In this document: one piece after another, positions 47,607-56,167 of the stretch
How positions within the stretch are numbered: position 1 is the first letter of the stretch
Layout: each line of letters opens with the position of its first letter
NCBI RefSeq assembly: GCF_006345805.1
Contig: NW_021834492.1
Span: forward strand, 1-56,167
From: Octopus sinensis
Lineage: Eukaryota
Reading direction: 5' to 3'
DNA: 56,167 bases
Notes under the pieces: model-generated
Seen by the model: the letters and a program-made list of their open reading frames with translations, nothing else
Database searches by the model: none
Told to the model about the DNA's origin: nothing
Made by a program: the position numbers and the translations under genes

Positions 47607-49705
47607 GAAACTGGTCGACAAGGCGCAAACGTGCGCCATGCCGGGCCGGAGCATCCATGACAACCTCCACCTGATGCGTTAAATCATAGACAGGGTAGTT
47701 AAGGAACCTGGCATGGGTGGGGGCCTGATCAATTTGGATCAATCAAAAGCTTTCGTTAGGGTAGACCATCGATACTTGTAGGTTGTCCTCAACGGCTGGT
47801 TTCGGTCCCGTCTTCCGCGACTGGATAGCCGCTTTGTACAGAGGCATCCGTTCGGTAATTTGCGTAAATGGACATTTATCGAGACCTTTCGACATTGCAC
47901 GTTCGGTCCGTCAGGGATGTCCCCTCTCGTCGCTTCTGTACGTATTGACTCTCGAGCCACTACTGCGGAAGCTGGCAACTCTGAGGGGCATCCCGCGAGA
48001 ATTGGGATGCGGGACGAGCGAGTCTGCATACGCGGACGACGTCACCGTCATAGTGTCTAGCCACGAGCACATCGAGCTAGTCGGCGAGACATTGCAAGAC
48101 TACGAAGCGGTGATGGGAGCAAAAATCAACCGAGAAAGTCGGTGGGCTTGCGGCTGGGCACCTGGAGAAGCAAGCCCATGCCGTCCACCAGCGCCTCAGT
48201 AGTGGGACGCTGGACAGACGGGCCGATCAAATTGCTCGGAGTCTGGTTCGGTCCAGACCTGCAAACGGAGAACTGGGACGAGATAACGAGTAAGGTGGCC
48301 ACTCTCTGCAGGCAATGGGCCGAGAGGAAGCTGTCCCTAAAAGGTCGGGTGGAGATGGCGAACGCGTACATCGCATCCGTCATCAACTGCCGCCTGACCG
48401 TCGTGCCTTGTCCCGACCCCACCGTCACCAAGCTGGAGCGTATCCTCTTCCGCTTCTTGTGGAAAGGAAACGTTCCGATGGTCAGGCGATCCGTTTGTTG
48501 TCAACACCCGCTGATAGGAGGGCTGGGCATGCCGTGGTTGATGATGCGCAGACACGCGCTGAGACTACGACATCTCCAACTCTACGTAGACGACGGTGAA
48601 CAGGTGTGGTCGCCGTTTGTGCGGAGCGTTTTCCCGCAACTCGTGTCCATGACCGAGCTGCAATCGTGGATCAAAAAGAGGCCGAGGAAGGGCGAGTGGC
48701 ACCGCGAGTGCCGCGTTGCTCTCCAGCAACTCTGCCGTCCTGGGTCGAACTTGAGCGACTGCATCACCACGAAAGCATTTTATAGGGGATTAGTGGAGGG
48801 GAGGTACGACGACGATCTCGGGGTGAAACTGAGCGTCGACGAGGAATACCTGACCCGCCTGTTCAGGACGACTTTCGGGCCAGGGCCCATGGACAACTTC
48901 CAGAGATCCCTGGCCTGGCAGTGCTACCGAGAAGCGCTACCCGTTCGGGATAAGCTCTATAGACATGGTTCGAGAAACACGGGGCCGACCTGCTCGAGAT
49001 GCGGTCAGAGCGACGAAACCATTCTGCACGCAATCGTGCAGTGTCCAATAATCTCCGACCTGTGGGCTTAATTCGAACGACTGCTGTCACGTGTGGGACG
49101 AGTCGGTTTATCAGCCGAGTCTATCGTCAATATCGTCACGCCTCCTTCCTTCAAACGGGAAGGAAGAGCTATTTTTATAATACTTGTAGCTATGGCGAAA
49201 GAATGTATCTGGTGGACGCGTCTGAAAGGATTAGAGACAAACACTTTCCTCTCTGGTCAATCTCTCATCAACTTTTTCAAGTATCACTTGAAAACGAAGG
49301 TGAGAGTAGAGGGGAAAGTTTTATCTAGCGACTGTTTCATAAAAAGAGGGGTAAATGTAGCAAGGATGGCACGTATGAATGACGAAGCCACCTTGAACAT
49401 GATCCTATGAACCGTAAAAATTTAATACTGAGAGTTACTTATTTGTAAATAAATATTAATATGTGACGTAAGTGCCTGAGGTTACTGTGGTCTTTTCGTA
49501 GGTTTTTCTTTCCACTGATAAACCTCCCCATTTCTTGGGAACTTTTTGTACTATTTCGACATTTTTTGTATATATCCCCAACGATTTCGATCCATTTTGA
49601 TCGTTCTTCCAATTTTTTTACTTTGTTTTCGCCCCCCTCGAAAAGAAAAACTCTACATTGTAATTGTCCCCTCTGTGTTTAGCCCTGTGTAGCCAAGAAA
49701 GAAAT
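47607..49705 (+). mobile_element. 5'-truncated Tx1/L1-clade LINE (RT, CCHC, 3'UTR), relatively young
   Basis: AQTCAMPGRSIHDNLHLMR..LDQSKAF..VRQGCPLSSLLYVL..AYADDVTV..GGLGMP..LPVRDKLYRHG..CSRCGQSDETILHAIVQCP. ORF2 stops at 49410 and the 3'UTR ends aaagaaat. Confidence 0.93.
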
Positions 49706-49706
<1 letters not shown>

Positions 49707-49743
<37 letters not shown>

Positions 49744-49780
49744 GTCTATCTATCTATCTATCTGTCTGTCTGTCTGCCTG
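49707..49780. repeat. (TATC)n/(TGTC)n microsatellite 3' of the Tx1 insertion
   Basis: Directly visible. Confidence 0.97.
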
Positions 49781-50776
49781 TCTTGTAAATTGGAATGTCT
49801 CCATCTGAGATACTTTAGGTGAATAGATGCACACACTTGGCTGTGTAAGCTCGTCAGCCCAACAACGCACCAACTCAATCACACATTTACAAACATCGAG
49901 AAATATCTTGACTCAAAAAGTATCGTCACGTTGTAAGCGACCGGCATGCACTCTCTTAACAACTTTATAAAATTCAAAGAAAAACATACGCATACATATT
50001 AAGGTGCATATATAAACGCATGCATCTATGTATATATAATTGTGTGTATGTGTGTGTTTGTGCGTATGTGTGTTATAAATATATAATCATTTAAAGAATA
50101 ATGTGTATATACATATATTTTTATACAAACACACATAAACACGAGTCACATATGCTTTACACACTCATATGCACACCTGCAACGGGAAACTATTCCCATG
50201 TATATATACATCTTTACACTTTTAACTCGTTTAAATTCTCTTATATCTATCCACACATTCACGCACACTATATGTGTGTGTATATGCGTGTATGTATGTG
50301 CTTCTGTGTGTGTTTGTATACATATGCACAAACATACATGAGTGTGTGTGCATGTGTGTGTGCGTGTGTGTGTGTGTATCTGCTTGTATATACACACATG
50401 TATGTAAATGTATATATAAAGACATACATTCGTATTCACACACACATACGCACATACACTCACTCACACACACAACATGCTCACACAATCACACACGCTC
50501 ACACACGCAGGCATAACAGATATCGATTCTTTCCTACGCAGTTCAAACGTAAGCGAGACTGCATTGATTTGTGTGCTCAGCCGTGGGTTAAAGGCCAACG
50601 ACAGTGGTTACCCTCTCATCAATCAGAGTATCATGTGTTACCCCTAAAGTAACAGATTGTAACCCGACCATTATTCACCACCCATGTTCCACCTCAATTC
50701 CACAAAGAATTTTTTTGCTCCTCAATTTTATCATATTTTTCCAATTTGAACGTGCGTACGCGTGTGTATATATATA

Positions 50777-50820
<44 letters not shown>

Positions 50821-51135
50821 GGGGCGAGGGACAAAGGGAGAGAGAGAGAGATAGAGCGAGGGGGGAGAGAGAGAGATCGGGTGAAATTAATAGTTTCTGT
50901 TATATATGTGTGACTGTGTATTGGAAGGTGTGCGCATATAAATTTAGAGTGGAGGAGAGAGAGATGGTGGGGGAGAGATGGGGAGAAAGTGGGGGAGAAA
51001 AAGATTGTGAGAAAGTGAGAGAGTGAGTGAGGGAGAGGCAGAGGATTGGGAGATAGAAAAATGAGTTAGAAAAATAATAGATAGACGGCGAACTGACAAA
51101 GGTAGGTTGAAAGATAGTAGAGAGACAGTTTGTGT

Positions 51136-51171
<36 letters not shown>

Positions 51172-51549
51172 ACACACATACACACACACACACATGTATA
51201 TATATGTATATATGTGTGTATGCAGAGAGAGAGAGGCAGACAGACAGACAGACAGAGAGAATGTGTGTATGTGTATCTATGTGTGAGTGTCTTTGTGTAT
51301 CTGTATGGGTTAGCGTATGTGTGCGAGTGTATCTATGTGTGTTATCACGTGTGTAGGTTTAGAATCCGTTGCCTAGCAATTCGACAAATATTCATCGATG
51401 AAATTAATACTGGACTAAAAAAAATGTAACGAATAAAAATCTTGATATCAGTTCTTCAGCACTCTTGTCAACGGTGTATATTCATTAAGTATGATACATA
51501 GATGGCTACTTTTAATTCACACTGCATCAGCTGCCTATACAGCTTATGT

Positions 51550-51765
<216 letters not shown>

Positions 51766-52250
51766 GTCAGACTGTCTATATGTCTATATGTCTATATGTC
51801 TATATGTCTATTTGTGTCTGTGTGTCTGAATGAGAATCCGTCTGTTTGTCTGTCTGCCTGTCTATCTGCGAGTGAGTACTGAAAAGCCCCTGGCTTTAAG
51901 GGTATTGCAAAAGAGTCGAGCAGCAACTTTTACGACGGAAGAGGACAACTGTTTGGGCGAGGACATGCAAAAATTCATGACGGTATTCAATGTATCTTTC
52001 TCTCTTTAGAAGAATTAACGCACGATGGCAGCTCCTTTAGCGGATTTTGGTAAAATTAAAGACGGAGCAGTCATGAAAGAGGGCAAGAAGGATGGTGAAT
52101 GGCAGGGTAGTTACAGCAGCAGCAGGAGGGAAGGGTTGTTGTAGGTGGGATAGACAATGTATTTAAAATTCTGGTGCAGGTGGTACAGAGTACATGTAAG
52201 AAAGAGTGAAATGTATTTGAGTTAGAGAGAGAGAGAGAGAGAGAGAGAGT

Positions 52251-52299
<49 letters not shown>

Positions 52300-52559
52300 G
52301 TGGAGTAAGTAGTGCTGGAGGACAAGCCAAAGAATGAAAGTGGGTGAAGTGATCGGCGGAGTGTAAATATCGAAAGGCAGGTGACACTTTGCGTACTTGT
52401 TGGACAGCTGGAAACCGAATTGCTCGATATATGTAGATAAAATTAGAAGGAACATTGAAATGTAAATATATGCACCGGGAAAATATCTATAAAGTAGAAG
52501 GTGCGAAGTTGGAATCCGTTGACGGTGGTGTTAGGGGAAAACGGGCAGGTTTTAGTAGC

Positions 52560-54900
52560 AGGAACAACGAAGGGTTCTATGTGAAGAATGAGACTGAGTT
52601 TTGTCGATCTTTGTCTATATCAGATTTGTTGTAATGACTTGTTCCAGAACAGCTATAATTAGTGTTTCAGTGTGTTGCTTCAATTTTCCCGTCAGTCAAC
52701 CAGTGGCAGCAATATTTAGTTCCAATATTCTCGGTTTGTTCCATTTCTTTGTTCCGTTGTTCTTTTCCTTTTGTCTTTGAATTCTCCTACTGATTCAGTC
52801 ACTTTTGGGGGTTTTCTGGCTGCCGATAGTATTCTTTCTTTATTCCGTGCAACATAATTTTCCAAACCCAGCATCGCAGTGTTAAATGTGTCTTCTGCGT
52901 TTAGTAATCCCCAGCCACCTGCTTTTCTTGGTAGGTAGAGTCGGTTGGTATTGCTTTTAGGGTGGAGTGCGTTGTGCATTATGAACGGTTTTCTATGCAA
53001 GCTCTGTAGCTCAACCTTTGTCCCTTTCAAAAACTGAGCAGTGTATCTCAATATGGTCATTGTTCATGTATTTATGGCTTCAATGATGTTCCCTCCATTT
53101 AATTTTCGAGTACTTTCCTCATCCTCCTCTAGTACTCTGTAGTGACTTCCTCATTTCTCCTCCCATTATCCTACTGTCTTGCATCACTCTTAGATATTTT
53201 ACAGCAATCTAATGACGTCGACTTGTGGTCATCAGTTTACCTTCCGGCCTCTCTCCATAATTAGCACTATGCACTTATTTACCCCAAACTATTGCTCAAC
53301 ATCATTACTGAATACTGTCACTGTTTGGATTAAAGAGTTCAGATCTGTCTTATTTCTTGTTTACAATTTGATGTCAATTATATAAAGTAGGCGATTTATC
53401 TTAATCTTGGATTTGGTAAACTCATAGGCAGGCATGGAATATTTTTTAAGTATACCTAGATCCATGAGGGATTAGTGCAGTGACTAAGACTAATGAAGAG
53501 AACGAGTCCCTTGGAAAATGCCCCTGCGTATTTTTACGTTGTCTAGTTATCAATTTGTACATGTCAGTTCTGTTTCACACACGCTCTCACGTACATAACT
53601 GCGTATACTTAAGAGATTCTTGAACCAAAAGCCGTGGACACCATTTGGTCTGGGGTCTTGCCACTTTGGTATTTCCTTAATCATCTCTTAATTTCTTTAC
53701 CGTAATTGTAATATATTCTTGTGTCGCTCCATCTTCCGTTTCTCTTTTAAATTCCTGCAACCAGTCTCCATTAATGTTATGTTGGACTTCTTCATTCCAG
53801 ATTTCGGCCTAGAATATCCATGTTGCTTCAGCATCTGGTGGTAACATTTCCCTGATACTCTTTTTCTTTGTTTATAGAATTTTTCTTTCGTTGTCTTCAA
53901 AAGTCTCTTCTGCCGATACTCATTTGTTCTCTGTTGATATTTGCTTTTGTTGTCTTTTTTTAAACCGACACTGATTTGGTTCTGTCTTAGTTCTTCTTCA
54001 ACTACTTTGCAGTCCTTTGTGTTTTGTGGTGTATTTCCGTTGCTGTTCGTTCCTGCGTCTTTCCCTCACCCTCTTCATTTCTATGATTGCATGCATCCGT
54101 CGAAGGTCAAGTCTTCCATCATGGATTTTTTTCCTTTGTTTTTCTTTCACTTTTATTGCCAAGAATTTGCACAGCGACAGAAGCTGCGCAGTAAGTAAAG
54201 TCGCAGAAACCTGTTATGTTTTCGGTGTAAATTTTCGTTAATAGTTCATCCATCTTTTCCGCTACTTTACATATTTTTCCAGTTTTGATTCTTCTCAGAG
54301 CTGGTAGCCTCTTTCTTTCGCTATTTCGTGCCTTATTCAGATGTAGTAATAAGCTTCTCTCTTTTTCTGTGGCAGACTTTCCCTCTGCAAATTAGAAAGT
54401 ACCATCATCCTGGCAACTGTTTATTTTGTTGGGGAGTTTTTGGTTCCTCTGCAAATCCCTGTTCTTAATCTGCTTTTTGTTCTTCATGTTCAGTGTAGTC
54501 ATGGCCATACTCTTACACTCTTGTGGACATCTCCAGTTTCAGTCTGGATCGCCGCTGCCTTTTCACAATTAAATCTTATGGTTTAAAAATCTTTGCTTGG
54601 TGATAAGGAACACATCTTTACTCGGTAAAAATTTTAGGCATTCTTATCCGGTATCCAGTTTTGATAGGCTCGCTTCTAATGTAGCATTCTACAACAGATC
54701 TGTCGTCGCTTTGGGTCCATTCCCCCCTAATCTTTGGAGGAATATTTGGATCACGATCAAATCCACCCTGCAGCGCAATGGAACACTTGCCATCGTGAGA
54801 CCATTACTCATGGTTAGGATCTTATGAATACATTTATGATGATATTTATTTGGTATTACATACCTAAGAGTAGGGGTGTCACACTATCAGTGCTTTTTTT
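52560..54900 (-). mobile_element. R4/Dong-clade LINE, N-terminus through RT, heavily degenerate
   Basis: Minus-strand GEWTQSDDRSVVECYIRSEP..GYRIRM (N-terminus), NGVHGFWFKNL, IFQGDSFS (~53500), LLYIIDIKL (decayed YMDD), LHPKSNTNRLYLPRKAGGWGL and ETLIIAV.EQ..TN. Confidence 0.82.
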
Positions 54901-55062
54901 TTTATCGAGATACCATCTCTAGGGGTCACCAGCCAAGGCTAAAGGAACGCTCGTCCATCTGTGTAGATTTATCCCCATGAAGACATTCTTTGGCGGTTTT
55001 TTTTTTCTGAACATATTCGATATTATTATTACTACTGTTGCCCTGAGTGGTACTAGCTCCAT

Positions 55063-55246
55063 CACGACGACGACGACGACGACGACGACCACCACCACCA
55101 CCACTACTACGACGACGACGACGACCACCATCATCATCATCATCATCACAACCACCACCACCACCACCGCCACCGCCATCACCACCACCACCACCACCAC
55201 CACTACCACCACCATCATCATCATCATCATCATCACATCATCATCA

Positions 55247-55290
<44 letters not shown>

Positions 55291-55302
55291 CCACCACCAC
55301 CA
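55063..55302. repeat. (ACG)/(ACC)/(ATC) compound trinucleotide array
   Basis: Directly visible. Confidence 0.97.
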
Positions 55303-55684
55303 TTATGGTTGCCATACTGAGAAGGCGCACGAAGTAAAGCAAAGGAAGAAGTTTTAAGTGTTTCATCAATCTTTTCAGCGAGTTAAGTCAATTATTTTGT
55401 TGTAACTAATTTGCCAACACTGTCCTGGATTGTGCTAGTAGCATTTTTGTACAATTACATTCCCTTTTTTGGCGGTGTAACCCAGTAATATTTATTTTAG
55501 ATTATTTTATAACTTTTAATCTCAAAAAAAAAAAAAAAAAAAGAATCGGAACTCGACAAAATAATCGACGTGAGTAGCGTTCTGTCGACCGTGTTTTAAC
55601 GCCGACAGGAAAAATGAATTTATCGACACAAAGGAATACAATTTCGATTGCTTGCTATGACGGCAGTAAACCTGTAAAGATACG

Positions 55685-55920
55685 AGCAGTAGCAGCAGCA
55701 GCAGCAGTAGCAGCAACAGCAGCAGCAGCAACGACAATATGTACAGCAGCAGCAGCACAAACAGCACAAACAACAATAAGAGCAACAACATGAACAACAA
55801 GATGGAAAACAGCAACGACCACAGCGCAAGGAAGAATGCAATTTTTAATGACAAGTGTAGCGATAACAAAAACTGTGGGAAATAATAATAGCAACAATAA
55901 TAATAAGAACCACAAGTCTA
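55685..55920. repeat. (AGC)/(AAC) low-complexity tract
   Basis: Directly visible. Confidence 0.85.
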
Positions 55921-56167
55921 CATTTTGGAGGGCATTTAGCCAGTAGACCGCACATTCGGTGCAAGACTTGAAAGGTAAATCGCTCCAGTATATGACATTT
56001 TGAAACCAAATGTTTTATGCTTTTGTGAAGAGGAAACAATCTCCTCCGAATGACAAAACCTTTCTCTATAAATGTATCTCCCGCAAAAAGAGGAAACATG
56101 AAATGTGCCGAAGCCCATCTTTTACATCAAGGAAAAACATGCACGTGATAACACCATCCAATCAGTT

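Noticed and set aside
49845-49860. CUGACGAG on the minus strand
   Set aside because: No downstream GAAA or compatible stems.

Overview
Repeat-saturated, AT-rich animal genomic DNA. The dense (TA)n/(TATG)n/(TATC)n/trinucleotide microsatellites and tRNA-derived SINE types suggest an octopus or other coleoid cephalopod, which is an inference. No host protein-coding gene can be called confidently, and nearly all long ORFs in the track are microsatellite read-throughs. The recognisable coding content is all decayed transposons: Tx1/L1-clade LINEs (one near full-length at 1564-6790 minus, one 5'-truncated at 47607-49705 plus, one small fragment), R4/Dong-type restriction-like-endonuclease (RLE) LINEs, RTE and CR1 fragments, four Penelope-like elements, Chapaev3-like, Tc1 and mariner-like DNA transposons, Helentron-associated HINE-like elements and two tRNA-SINE families. 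Four observations stand out: (1) a SINE shares its 3' tail with a Tx1-clade LINE, and one copy sits inside a Tx1 ORF1 with a perfect 14-bp target-site duplication (TSD); (2) a Tx1 copy is embedded in (TATC)n on both sides; (3) two well-formed and two decayed type I hammerhead ribozyme motifs lie in Penelope pLTR/retrozyme-like units; (4) a pre-miRNA-like hairpin lies at 39128-39212. All family assignments come from motifs translated or recognised by eye, not from database searches.
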